From the NCBI GenBank assembly GCA_026398175.1, contig JAPLTJ010000140.1, positions 1 through 54,633 of the forward strand: 54,633 bases of DNA, read 5' to 3'. A program made the position numbers and the translations under genes. Of the stretch, positions 29,971-39,815 are shown piece after piece. Each line of letters starts with the position of its first letter. Position 1 is the first letter of the stretch. Below the pieces are notes generated by a model. The model saw only the letters and a list, made by a program, of their open reading frames with translations. It did no database searches and had not been told where the DNA came from. The DNA is from Verrucomicrobiia bacterium (lineage in GTDB: Bacteria > Verrucomicrobiota > Verrucomicrobiia > Chthoniobacterales > UBA6821).

Positions 29971-30169
29971 TTAACAACCACAATATAAGAAAGATCAGCA
30001 CATTTTTCAATGTATTTAAAGATCCTAATAAAAGAATCTTTCTTTCAAAAAGAAAGTTCTACGGAACAAGTTATTCATATTTACGTTAACATTTAAACAT
30101 TATTTAAACATTATTTTTGAATTATGAAAAATTTTCATTAAATGTTGATAATAAGAAAGTAAAATAAAA
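29971..30169. other. Candidate replication origin region (oriC)
   Basis: Very AT-rich divergent gap upstream of mnmG; TGTTGATAA (~30143) and TTATTCATA (~30071) DnaA-box-like 9-mers; repeated AACATTATTT; parS nearby. Confidence 0.5.
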
Positions 30170-32080
30170 ATGGATTTTTTTAATTATCCTAAAAAATATC
30201 AAGTTATTGTTATTGGAGCTGGCCATGCTGGGATAGAAGCAGCTTTAGCTTCTGCCAGGTTAGGATGTGAGACACTCTTATTAACTCAAAATGCTGATAC
30301 AATTGGACAAATGTCCTGCAATCCAGCAATTGGAGGATCTGCTAAGGGACATATTGTGCGCGAAATTGATGCTCTTGGAGGAGTTATGGGGCTAAATGCA
30401 GATGCTACTGGTATTCAGTTTAGAATGCTTAATGCTAATAAAGGACCTAGTATTCGTGCCCCACGAGCTCAATGTGATAAGAAGTCTTATCAATTTCGAT
30501 TAAAAGCTATTTTAGAAAGAACTCCTCTACTTACGATAACCCAAGCAAATGTAGCTCGATTTTTAACAAAAGATGATCATATAACTGGCATTGAAACAAC
30601 TTTTGGTGTTCATTACTACTCTGCATCAGTTGTTTTGACAAGCGGTACCTTCATGAGAGGACTGATTCATGTTGGAAAAAGAAGCCAGCCAGGAGGAAGA
30701 ATGGCTGATAGTGCTTCTAGCATCAGCGAAAGTATAGAAGATTTGGGTTTTAAAATGGGTCGTTTTAAAACTGGAACTCCTTGCCGTATTTTAGCAAAAT
30801 CGATTGATTTTTCTCTTTGTGAGCGGCAAGATGGCGATATTATTACTTCTCCTTTTTCTCATATTAGAGAGACGATCACCCTAGAGTGTGGAGAGATTCA
30901 TACACTCAATCATTTTAAAGATGGAATATTCCACGTGGAACAGATTCCATGTTGGTTGACGTATACCAATGAGAAAACTCATGAAATCATCGCTTCCAAC
31001 ATTCATCGATCCCCTCTTTATGCTGGGATGATAGAGGGCGTTGGACCTCGTTATTGCCCTTCGATTGAAGATAAAGTGGTTAAATTTTCTGAAAAGCCAC
31101 GACATCAAATTTTTTTAGAACCAGAAGGGAGACATACAGGAGAAATTTATGTTAACGGACTTTCTACGAGTCTTCCTTTTGAAGTTCAATACGACTTTAT
31201 AAGATCGATTGAAGGCCTTGAAAAGGCTGAGATCCTCCGACCAGGATACGCCGTTGAATACGATTACATTTTTCCTAATCAGCTTTACCTCACTCTTGAG
31301 ACAAAAAAAATCAGCGGCCTCTATTTTGCGGGTCAAATCAATGGAACTTCTGGTTATGAAGAAGCTGCTGGACAAGGATTGGTTGCAGGAGCCAACGCCG
31401 CACTAAAAGTTTTAAATAAAGAACCTCTCCTCTTAGGGAGAGAAGAAGCCTATATTGGAGTGATGATTGACGATCTTGTCACGCGAGGGACGCCTGAACC
31501 ATATCGCATGTTTACCAGCCGCGCAGAATACCGCCTTCGATTGCGCCAAGACAATTGTGACATTAGGCTAACTGGAAAAGCGATTGAATCTGGATTGGCA
31601 TGTAACTATAGAACAGAGAGTTATATATTAAAAAAAGCATCTATTAATGCGCTCATGGGAAAACTTCCTGCCATGCGGCATGAAGGAATTGGATTAGAAA
31701 GTTGGTTGCGACGTCCAGAAAATAATGTAGGAAAACTCCCAGCTGAAATTCTGAGAGGATATGATTCTGAAATTTGGTCCTATCTTGAAACAGAACTCAA
31801 ATTTGAAGGTTATTTAAAGAGAGAAGATCTTCAAATTCAACGTGCCAAAAAACAAGAGGAGTGGAAAATTCCTGACCAATTCGATTATCATTTGGTTCCC
31901 AGCCTCAGCTCTGAGGCGCGGCAGAAGTTAACAGAGTATAAACCGACTTCCCTGCGACACGCCTCGCGTATTAGCGGAGTGACCCCGGCAGATATCGATG
32001 TTCTTTCTCTCTGGTTGAAGAGAAAAGAAAAAATTCCAGACATCCAGGAATGCAGACAAGGGAATGATATCAACGGATAG
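30170..32080 (+). CDS. mnmG: tRNA uridine-5-carboxymethylaminomethyl synthesis enzyme
   Basis: [49 protein letters not shown]. Confidence 0.98.
   Translation: MDFFNYPKKYQVIVIGAGHAGIEAALASARLGCETLLLTQNADTIGQMSCNPAIGGSAKGHIVREIDALGGVMGLNADATGIQFRMLNANKGPSIRAPRAQCDKKSYQFRLKAILERTPLLTITQANVARFLTKDDHITGIETTFGVHYYSASVVLTSGTFMRGLIHVGKRSQPGGRMADSASSISESIEDLGFKMGRFKTGTPCRILAKSIDFSLCERQDGDIITSPFSHIRETITLECGEIHTLNHFKDGIFHVEQIPCWLTYTNEKTHEIIASNIHRSPLYAGMIEGVGPRYCPSIEDKVVKFSEKPRHQIFLEPEGRHTGEIYVNGLSTSLPFEVQYDFIRSIEGLEKAEILRPGYAVEYDYIFPNQLYLTLETKKISGLYFAGQINGTSGYEEAAGQGLVAGANAALKVLNKEPLLLGREEAYIGVMIDDLVTRGTPEPYRMFTSRAEYRLRLRQDNCDIRLTGKAIESGLACNYRTESYILKKASINALMGKLPAMRHEGIGLESWLRRPENNVGKLPAEILRGYDSEIWSYLETELKFEGYLKREDLQIQRAKKQEEWKIPDQFDYHLVPSLSSEARQKLTEYKPTSLRHASRISGVTPADIDVLSLWLKRKEKIPDIQECRQGNDING
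30927..30942. promoter_or_regulatory. parS site
   Basis: TATTCCACGTGGAACA is 15/16 to the TGTTCCACGTGGAACA parS palindrome; it encodes FHVEQ in MnmG. Confidence 0.8.
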
Positions 32081-32140
32081 AAAAAATTTAAAAAAAAGAC
32101 GATTCTTTTTGACGATGTGACAAAGAAAACGTGATAATAG

Positions 32141-33532
32141 ATGACTATGTCGATGATTCCTTATGATCTTATTGTAATTGGCGGTGGACCTGCGGGCTAC
32201 GTAGGCGCTATACGTGCCGCCCAGCTGGGAAAGAAGGTTGCTGTGGTTGAACGCGAGCGCGCTGGTGGCACCTGCCTCAACTGGGGTTGCATTCCCACAA
32301 AATCTTTATTGCGCAATGCTGAGCTTTACTCGCTCCTGAAAAATCACGCCGGTGATTTTGGTTTTGAGATTGGAAGTATGAACTACGATTGGAGCAAGGT
32401 TATTGGACGCTCACGGAAGGTTGCCGACAAGCTTGCGGGCGGCATCGAGTTCCTTCTCAAAAAAAATAAAATCGACTATATCCTCGGCGAAGCCTCTATT
32501 ACAAAGGCTGGTCAGGTTGACGTTCTTAAAAAAGATGGGACTGCAGCGCAACTTGTCGCGCCAAAAATTCTCATCACCACCGGCGTTGTCACTCGCGAGA
32601 TGCCTGGATTCCAGATGAACGGGACCTCCGTCATCGGCAGTCGGCAAGCCATGGCGCTGCCGACGCAGCCGAAAGAAGTCATTGTCATTGGCGCGGGAGC
32701 CATCGGCATCGAGTTTGCTTATTTTTTCAATGCTTTTGGAACAAAGGTCACTGTCGTTGAGATGATGCCTAACATTCTTCCCGTCGAAGATACCGAGGTT
32801 AGCGTGGCTCTTGAAAAGTCATTGACCAAGCAAGGCATTAAAATTTTAACCGAGACAAAAGTGGAGAAAGCGGAAGCAACAGCAACCGGCGTCTCAATTA
32901 CTGTTTCTGGAAAAAAGAATGAAACACTCACTGCCGATGTGGCACTTGTCGCCATCGGTGTTGCACCGCTCTTGCCTGGCGGAATGGCCTTCAATCTCGA
33001 TCCGAAAGGATATCTTGCCGTTAACGAGAAATATGAAACGAGTGTTTCAGGAATCTACGGAGCGGGCGACATCGTTGGGCCACCGTGGTTGGCTCACGTT
33101 GCAAGCTGGGAAGCGATCCAAGCCGTAGAAGGAATGTTTGGAAAACGAAAACCACAACGCAGTCGCACTTTCCCAGGTTGCACCTACTGCCAGCCGCAAG
33201 TTGCCAGCGTCGGCTTAACGGAGCGTGCTGCTAAAGAAAAAGGAATGACGATAAAAATTGGGAAGTTCCCTTTCCAGGCCAGCGGCAAAGCCCAAGCCAT
33301 GGGCGAGACAGACGGGTTTGTAAAACTTCTTTTCAACGAACCTCACGGTGAAATTGTTGGAGCTCATATTATCGGCAACGAGGCAACAGAGATGATTGCA
33401 GAATTAGGATTGGCTATCACGCTCGAAGCAACGTACGACGATATCGCCAGCACCATCCATGCTCATCCAACGCTCAGCGAAGCAGTGATGGAGGCGACGG
33501 AGGCAGCAAACGGACACGCCATCCATATTTAA
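32141..33532 (+). CDS. lpdA: Dihydrolipoyl dehydrogenase
   Basis: GGGPAG, GGTCLNWGCIP, HAHPTLSE. Confidence 0.96.
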   Translation: MTMSMIPYDLIVIGGGPAGYVGAIRAAQLGKKVAVVERERAGGTCLNWGCIPTKSLLRNAELYSLLKNHAGDFGFEIGSMNYDWSKVIGRSRKVADKLAGGIEFLLKKNKIDYILGEASITKAGQVDVLKKDGTAAQLVAPKILITTGVVTREMPGFQMNGTSVIGSRQAMALPTQPKEVIVIGAGAIGIEFAYFFNAFGTKVTVVEMMPNILPVEDTEVSVALEKSLTKQGIKILTETKVEKAEATATGVSITVSGKKNETLTADVALVAIGVAPLLPGGMAFNLDPKGYLAVNEKYETSVSGIYGAGDIVGPPWLAHVASWEAIQAVEGMFGKRKPQRSRTFPGCTYCQPQVASVGLTERAAKEKGMTIKIGKFPFQASGKAQAMGETDGFVKLLFNEPHGEIVGAHIIGNEATEMIAELGLAITLEATYDDIASTIHAHPTLSEAVMEATEAANGHAIHI

Positions 33533-33540
33533 AAAAATTC

Positions 33541-33912
33541 GTGATTTCCTCCAAAAGTCATCTTTCGTTTTTACGCAAGCGAGTGTTGCGCGAATGGCGA
33601 GGACTTCCTAGCGAGACAATACCTGACAGGCAAATGATCGTTGCGGATGTTTTGGCCAAGGTTGTAACGAAGCTCGGGCTTCATACACGAATCAAGCAGG
33701 AAGAAATTGCTGCTACGTGGAATGAAATGGTTGGAGATTTTCTTGCAGCACATTCAGAGCCGCAACAGCTCTCGCACGGCATTCTTTCTGTCCGCGTGAT
33801 TCAGCCCACGATTCGCTATGAGCTGGACCGTGTTTGGAAAAAAGAAGTGTTGCAAAAACTGCAGGCACGATTTGGAGCAAAGCTCATTCGTGATGTACGG
33901 TTTGGCTGCTAA
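33541..33912 (+). CDS. DUF721/DciA-family protein
   Basis: W.E.VG..LA.HS.P......L.VRV pattern; size fits. Confidence 0.75.
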   Translation: MISSKSHLSFLRKRVLREWRGLPSETIPDRQMIVADVLAKVVTKLGLHTRIKQEEIAATWNEMVGDFLAAHSEPQQLSHGILSVRVIQPTIRYELDRVWKKEVLQKLQARFGAKLIRDVRFGC

Positions 33913-33981
33913 AACCTATCTTGAAACTCTACTGACGCAGCGAGTTTGAAGATGGTTTCACATTCAGCTTCTCTATTTTCC

Positions 33982-34332
33982 ATGGAACGAATCATCACTA
34001 TTCAAGGGTTGTCAGTCTTATCATACGTCGGAGTTCCTTCCGAAGAACGTGAGCAAGCGCAGCGGCTCTCCTTTGATCTGCGATTCGCAGCGCTCTTGCA
34101 ACCAGCAACATTAAACGATGATATTGTTGCAACGGTTGATTATGCTGCAGTGAGTCAGCGGCTCGTAGAGCTAGTTCAGATGAGGTCGCGGAGGCTGATT
34201 GAAACCTTGGCTGATGAAATAGCGGAGGCCCTTCTTGCAGAGTTTTCTTTGCGATGGGTTGAGGTGACTGTCCGCAAATTTATTCTTCCAAATACCGAGC
34301 ACGTTGCAGTGACGGTGTGTAGAGAAAAATAA
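33982..34332 (+). CDS. folB: Dihydroneopterin aldolase
   Basis: GV..EER..Q, TVDY, LIETLA, V.V.K motifs. Confidence 0.9.
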   Translation: MERIITIQGLSVLSYVGVPSEEREQAQRLSFDLRFAALLQPATLNDDIVATVDYAAVSQRLVELVQMRSRRLIETLADEIAEALLAEFSLRWVEVTVRKFILPNTEHVAVTVCREK

Positions 34333-34337
34333 AATCT

Positions 34338-34571
34338 TTATTCTCCGTCGTTGCCGATAGCCTCAACGGGACAGCCTTCCATCGCCTCTTTGCAGAGGGC
34401 TTCTTCCTCCGGAGTGGAGGGTTGTTTAAAAACAAAAGAATGTCCGCCGTCATCATTGCGCGTGAAATTTGCAGGAGCAGTTTCACGACAAAGATCACAG
34501 TCGATACATTGATCATCTACATAAAATTTTCCTAAAATATTATCAGAGTATTTGTTAGCAAGGTCGGCCAT
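34338..34571 (-). CDS. Ferredoxin
   Basis: CIDCDLC...CPVEAIG. Confidence 0.92.
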   Translation of the reverse strand: MADLANKYSDNILGKFYVDDQCIDCDLCRETAPANFTRNDDGGHSFVFKQPSTPEEEALCKEAMEGCPVEAIGNDGE

Positions 34572-34685
34572 AGTGTTTGTTCAAAAAGTGTAATTTTTGG
34601 GGAATAATTTTTTGCGAGGGGAATTCAGATTGTTTTGTTGCGAGGGTGTAGGCTACAGCAAAACGTACTTAAAACTAAAGCGGTT

Positions 34686-35690
34686 TCAAATGATTTCAAT
34701 GACTTTTTTTGCGACAACAATGGGATCGAGATCGGAGAGTGTGTCAGTGGGGCTCGAGATAGCGACCCCCTTCTTGGAATACGGCCGCCAAACCGTCGGA
34801 TCGATGTCCCCAAAAAGAGTGACGGTCGCCACATCCAGCGCCGCCGCGATGTGCATGGCGCCACCATCGGAGCCAACAATCAAGTCGCAGGCAGAGAAAG
34901 CCACCATGAGATGGCGAAGATTAGTTGTCGGATTTGCAAGTAAGGCTGGAAAGACCGCTGCAAGCTGCTCGGCGAGCTCGTCATCTCCTGGATGTTGTAA
35001 TGCTCCTGCTGAACCGGGCGACCAAAGCAGGCGCAATCGCGCATGAGGGAGGAGTGCGGTGATGAGTTGGCTCCATTGTTCGAAGGTCCAACGTTGTTTC
35101 GGGCGACGGGCAGAGATCTGGAGCCCAATGATCGGGAGGCTGGAATTTCCTGGAACTAGCGCTCGCTCAGCGACGAGAGATTTTTTTTCTTCTTCTGAAA
35201 GAAAAAGCGACATCGCTTCTGGTGCTGGAAAGTTGATGTCAAAAGCTCTGGCATAGGTCAGCACTTGCAAGACGTGGGGATCATTTTGATCGATAACAAC
35301 AGGATGATAATTTTTAGGAAGGCGATGCTGCTGAGATGGTGCGCCGTAAATCGTGCGTGGCTTGATCCAGCAGGCAAGGCCAGTCGTCCGCTTGTTAAAA
35401 ACAGGCACTGCAATAATCACGCTGTCATAGTGCTGCTGGCGAAGTTGCAAAAGAACAATGACTTTGTGAATCCACGCTTTGATTTTTTTCCAGAGACCAT
35501 GAACGTGCTTCGCTTTGCCATAACTCCAGAGACGCGAAAGGCGAGGATCATGGCGCACCAGATCAATGTTGTACTCATTGCCGAGAAAATCAATCGTTGC
35601 CTCTGGAAAGGTCTTGCGAAGCACTTCAATGAGCGGTGTCGTGCAGGCAAGATCACCAATGTTGTCGTTGCGAATGAGAAGAAATTTCAT
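34686..35690 (-). CDS. GT9 glycosyltransferase
   Basis: RNDNIGD and SDGGAMHIAAAL. Confidence 0.9.
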   Translation of the reverse strand: MKFLLIRNDNIGDLACTTPLIEVLRKTFPEATIDFLGNEYNIDLVRHDPRLSRLWSYGKAKHVHGLWKKIKAWIHKVIVLLQLRQQHYDSVIIAVPVFNKRTTGLACWIKPRTIYGAPSQQHRLPKNYHPVVIDQNDPHVLQVLTYARAFDINFPAPEAMSLFLSEEEKKSLVAERALVPGNSSLPIIGLQISARRPKQRWTFEQWSQLITALLPHARLRLLWSPGSAGALQHPGDDELAEQLAAVFPALLANPTTNLRHLMVAFSACDLIVGSDGGAMHIAAALDVATVTLFGDIDPTVWRPYSKKGVAISSPTDTLSDLDPIVVAKKVIEII

Positions 35691-35796
35691 GATAGATCGC
35701 AGATTACAGATTGCAGGTTACAGGGGATAGAAAAATAGAGAAACAATTGATGAGATTAATATTGTCAGCGCATTGTCTCAATAGTAGACAATAAGG

Positions 35797-37717
35797 ATGG
35801 GTGATTTTCTATCGTTTGCTGCATTCAGGCCTGGCTCTTCATCACTACGCCGTCCATCAACTCCAAATAGAGCGACGGCAGACTGAAGCAGCGAGCTCAA
35901 CAACAGAGCAACCAAGAGGTGTGCTTGGCAACCATGGCATTCAAGAAGTCCAAACTCAAAACACGACAGCCGGAGCCTCAACAAGGCCCGGAGTCCCAAC
36001 GGCGCCTCTTTCTCAGCAAGAGAAAATGAGGCAGGCGAGAGTAAATGCTTTTTCTAATCCACGGCAACCAGAGTTGGGGGTTGGGGCTCCTGGCATCAAC
36101 CACGCTGTTGCACAGGTTTCTCCTCAGAAGAAGGAAGAAGCAGGATTTTTATCTACGCTATCAAGTGCGGCTACTTCTTTAGCCCAAGCAGTGGGATTGA
36201 CTGCGCGACCGCCTACTGAAGCAGAGAAAGCAGAGCGACAAGCAAAGGTACGCGAGAGCAGAATAGGAAAATTTTTTCCACCATCAGCGCCGTCGGTTCA
36301 AGGAAATAATTCAAGCAGCGCAAGCTCGAGCAATCCTAGTAGTTCCAGCTCGAGAGCTCAGTCTGCAGCTGCGAGTGCAGTTGAAGATGATGGCACTTTA
36401 GCAGCAAAACGCTTTGATCAGCTTGACGAACGGCAAGCACAAACTGGGCGTATCAATAGTAGTATTAATGCTTACAATACCCAGAGGGATGGACGCACCA
36501 TTGCAGCAGCAGTGGCTGGACGAGAAATCAATAACAATGAAGCCCTAGCGCACAACGAGCGCATGGATCGTTTCGCGCCACTAGGTCGGCAGTTCGCTAA
36601 AAAAGCAATCGAGTTCACAAAAACAGCGATGCATCTTGCTGAGGAAGGAAGCGCTTTAGCGCAGCCTGCTCTTCATTCTCTCGCAAGAGGCTATGATGAT
36701 CTGGCAGCTGCCGCTGATAAAGGAGTTGTTGATTTTAAAAAGTGCCTATCTCAAGAAACCATTTCTGATCGTGATCTGAATGAAGTTGTTGGAAGCTATC
36801 AAGCACTTGCTGTCCAAGCAGAAAGTCTTAAGGCTATTAAAAACGATGCAGAGAAAGGGATTCAATTTTCTCGAGCCTCTCAAAGTGGCTCCAGAAGTGC
36901 CTCAGAGATTGATGAAACAGCCGCTTCTGTTCCATATCGTAAATTGGCTGACTACTGTTTTCGAATGGTTCGCAACCCTGAGCAAATCGCATCTGAAGAG
37001 CGGGAACATTACGATCCGATGGTTGATTTGGCCTCGCAGTCTTTGGAAGCGCGTGCTTTTGGAAGCGAAGCATTAGCAACTGCCTTGGAAAAAAACATTC
37101 AAACGCACGAAGCGATTGCTAGTTGCATTGCGAGAACGGAGCAAAGCAGTGATCCCGCCGTTAAAAACATTTTGTCTCAATCTCTCCTGGCTCATATCAC
37201 GGCTAAAAGCTCTAGAAATGAGGTCATCAAAGAGAAGCGTTCAGAATTAGAGCGGACAAAAACATTGACTGCTGCAACTTCCGATGAAGAGTTTGCGAGA
37301 GCTGAGCTAGTGAACGAACAAAACGAAGAATATAAAAAATCTGCAGCACAAGAGCTCTAATCAAGCGACAGCAGTTCCATGCGTTCTGCTTCCCCTGTTG
37401 AGTTGATGACGAATGCTGATGCTTATGAGAAGGTAGCTCATAGCTTTGAACAAGCTGCCACCTGCCAAGAGGCTATTCATGCATTGCCTGATATTCCATC
37501 AAAAGTAAAAAGCCAAAAAACTTTCAAAGAACGAGCGCAAGTATTTCTTGAGCAAGCTCAGAAACTCCACGCAAAGGCCCTCGAGCAGCTTCAAGGAAAC
37601 AACGCTAGCGCTGCAGAAGATGTTCTTGGTCACGCACGATTGGAATTAGAGAAAGTTGGAAAAGCAGTCGATGCTGCACGCGCAGCCGCAGCAAAAGCAG
37701 CTGGCACTTCCGTGTGA
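35797..37717 (+). pseudogene. Putative T3SS effector with a 5' frameshift and an in-frame TAA (37358-37360)
   Basis: AAGG-ATG 35797 gives MGDFLSFAAFRPGSSSLRRPSTPN, ending TGA 35884. The long Ala/Ser-rich ORF is in the +1 frame, and ORF 37379-37717 continues that frame. Confidence 0.6.
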
Positions 37718-38577
37718 TTTTAGTTAGCATGAAAAGCATGTCTCAGCTTACTTCTTCTCCCATCCGCATTCTTCCTACCGAGGGACGTCACGTTCTTCAT
37801 CTTTTTTTTAAAGTCGACCAGACTGTCTGGCGTTACTTTGATCAGGAGGAGCAGCAAGAACGCTTGCAGGCCTTGGAGGCCCTTGTTGCCGAGGTTCGCG
37901 GGCTGTCTGAGACACAGTTGTTGAGCTTCAGCATGGTGACGCCAAAAGCAGATCTTGGGTTCATGATGATCACGCCCGACCTGCAGCAACTCGACATCGT
38001 AGCGAAGAAATTAGAACGCGTCCTCGGCGATGGTGTTTTGGCCCCAACTTTTTCTTGGCTCTCCATGACGGAGCGGAGCGAATATGGCATGAACGACGAG
38101 GAGTATGCTGCGAAATTAGAACGTGAAGAAAATCTTTCTCCTGCCATGCCTGGCTTCGAAGCCAAGATGCAGGCCTTTCGCGAGCGCATTGCAAAATATG
38201 TTGAGGAGCGACTCTACCCGCAGTTGCCATCGGCAGAGGAGTGGCCAGTCTTTTGCTTTTACCCAATGTCAAAACGCCGCAATCCGGAACAAAATTGGTA
38301 CGCACTTCCTCTCGATGTACGCAAAAAATTGATGCAGGGTCATGCCATGGTCGGCCGTGGTTACGCCGGACGCGTGCGGCAGTTCATTACTGGCTCAACG
38401 GGACTTGATGATCAAGAATGGGGCGTGTCTCTTTTTGCAAAGACGACGAGCTCGATCAAAGAAATCGTTTACGAAATGCGTTTTGATGAAGTCAGTGTGA
38501 AGTACGCGGAGTTCGGCGAATTCTTCATCGGCATCCAAATGGGGCCGGAGGCGCTTGCAGAGCGGCTTGGATTGTAA
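37714..38577 (+). CDS. hemQ: Coproheme decarboxylase (chlorite dismutase family)
   Basis: YPMSKRR, NWY.LP, H...GR.YAG, GLDDQEWGV, YEMRFDE. Confidence 0.85.
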   Translation: MILVSMKSMSQLTSSPIRILPTEGRHVLHLFFKVDQTVWRYFDQEEQQERLQALEALVAEVRGLSETQLLSFSMVTPKADLGFMMITPDLQQLDIVAKKLERVLGDGVLAPTFSWLSMTERSEYGMNDEEYAAKLEREENLSPAMPGFEAKMQAFRERIAKYVEERLYPQLPSAEEWPVFCFYPMSKRRNPEQNWYALPLDVRKKLMQGHAMVGRGYAGRVRQFITGSTGLDDQEWGVSLFAKTTSSIKEIVYEMRFDEVSVKYAEFGEFFIGIQMGPEALAERLGL

Positions 38578-38587
38578 GAAAAAAAAT

Positions 38588-38645
38588 TAACCGCAAAGAA
38601 CGCAAGGAGCGCAAAAAAGAATTTTTCCTGTGTGCTCTTTGTGGA
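38588..38645. repeat. 9-mer repeat element
   Basis: AACCGCAAAGAACGCAAGGAGCGCAAA with a degenerate inverted arm. Confidence 0.7.
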
Positions 38646-38656
38646 CAATTCTTTTT

Positions 38657-39736
38657 TCAAGCAAAGTTAGTTTCCTTGATCCAAAACGTTGCTCCAAATT
38701 CAGTCGCTATTTCTTTTTTCAAAAGAGCTGTTTCTTCAGTACTGATTTTTTTCTTCAAAGCGGCCACCATCGTTGATCCGGAGCCGGTCATCCAGGCAGC
38801 AGCGACTTCGGGGCGGGCTTGCAACCATGATTTTAAAATTGGGAGCTGCAAATATTTTTCGAAGACGGGGGCTTCCAGGTCATTGAATATAGAAATGCCA
38901 TCAAGTAAAAAGGGGTCAGTCCTGCAATTCATAACTTCGTCTATGAATTGACTGGTACTGACCCCTTTTTGATCCTCCATCCTTTTCAGCCTGCCGTAGG
39001 CTTCCTCCGAGGCAACACCAAAAGGAGGCTTGATCAAAAGTAATTTCCAGGCAGGAAGAGGAGAGGCTTCGCTTAACAATTCGCCGCGACCGCGACACCA
39101 AGCTGGCTTGGAATTTAGCCCAGATATTTCATGCCCCTCAGTCTGCGGCTTGGCCAAAGCCGATGGATACTGTGTCAGGCTCGAATTCTGATCGGAGCAG
39201 TATGTACTCATACAGCCCCGATCAGAATCCATCTCCTTTCTTGTCCCATTAGCTTTTTCCATCGCCTCGCTGTGAGAGGCATGAAATATCTGGGCTAGGA
39301 AAAATGAGACGTCGGAGCCGAGTAAAGTTGCAAGTTGGTGAAGTTCTTCGAAGACGAAGGGCTCATCGAAGAGTGTGTTCATGCCTCGCAAGACGGCTGC
39401 CGCATCACTACTTCCTCCACCCAGACCTGCGCCATGAGGAATTTTTTTTAACAAAGAAATCAAAACAGCTTCTTGGATGCCAAGTTTTGTTTGAAAAAGA
39501 TGAGCGGCTTTAACGCAGAGATTATCAGCGTCTGTTGGCAATGTGGGATCGCTGCAAGTCAAGGTGACAGAACCAGGCGCTGCCCCATGCGCATGGCAGA
39601 GCTCGATTTCATCGGCAAGAGCGAGTGGCGCCATGAGGGTTTCAATTTCATGATAACCATCCTCGCGCTTGCCTACGATGCGCAGCGAGAGATTAATTTT
39701 TGCCGGAGCAAGGAGAGTAAGAGAAGCGGTTGTCAC
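38657..39736 (-). CDS. ispE: 4-diphosphocytidyl-2-C-methyl-D-erythritol kinase with two in-frame insertions
   Basis: APAKINL, GYHEIET, IP.GAGLGGGSSDAA, LGSDV, RGRGE, NDLE, MTGSGS. Confidence 0.95.
   Translation of the reverse strand: MTTASLTLLAPAKINLSLRIVGKREDGYHEIETLMAPLALADEIELCHAHGAAPGSVTLTCSDPTLPTDADNLCVKAAHLFQTKLGIQEAVLISLLKKIPHGAGLGGGSSDAAAVLRGMNTLFDEPFVFEELHQLATLLGSDVSFFLAQIFHASHSEAMEKANGTRKEMDSDRGCMSTYCSDQNSSLTQYPSALAKPQTEGHEISGLNSKPAWCRGRGELLSEASPLPAWKLLLIKPPFGVASEEAYGRLKRMEDQKGVSTSQFIDEVMNCRTDPFLLDGISIFNDLEAPVFEKYLQLPILKSWLQARPEVAAAWMTGSGSTMVAALKKKISTEETALLKKEIATEFGATFWIKETNFA
38907..38970. mobile_element. REP-like palindrome in frame inside ispE
   Basis: AAAAAGGGGTCAGT..CAATTCATA / TATGAATTG..ACTGACCCCTTTTT. 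Confidence 0.8.
39116..39297. mobile_element. MITE with perfect IRs and TA duplication, in frame inside ispE
   Basis: TAGCCCAGATATTTCATGCC / GGCATGAAATATCTGGGCTA. Removing 180 bp restores FFLNSKPAWCRGRGE. Confidence 0.92.
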
Positions 39737-39815
39737 AGAATGGTGCTAAGTTAAGGCAATTGTAGGATCGAAACTCAAACTACAAACACTCAAACTCTAG
39801 CTGCATGGCAGCTAG

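Noticed and set aside
708-37360. Genome-wide reassignment of TAA/TAG to Gln
   Set aside because: Housekeeping genes terminate normally with TAA and TAG.
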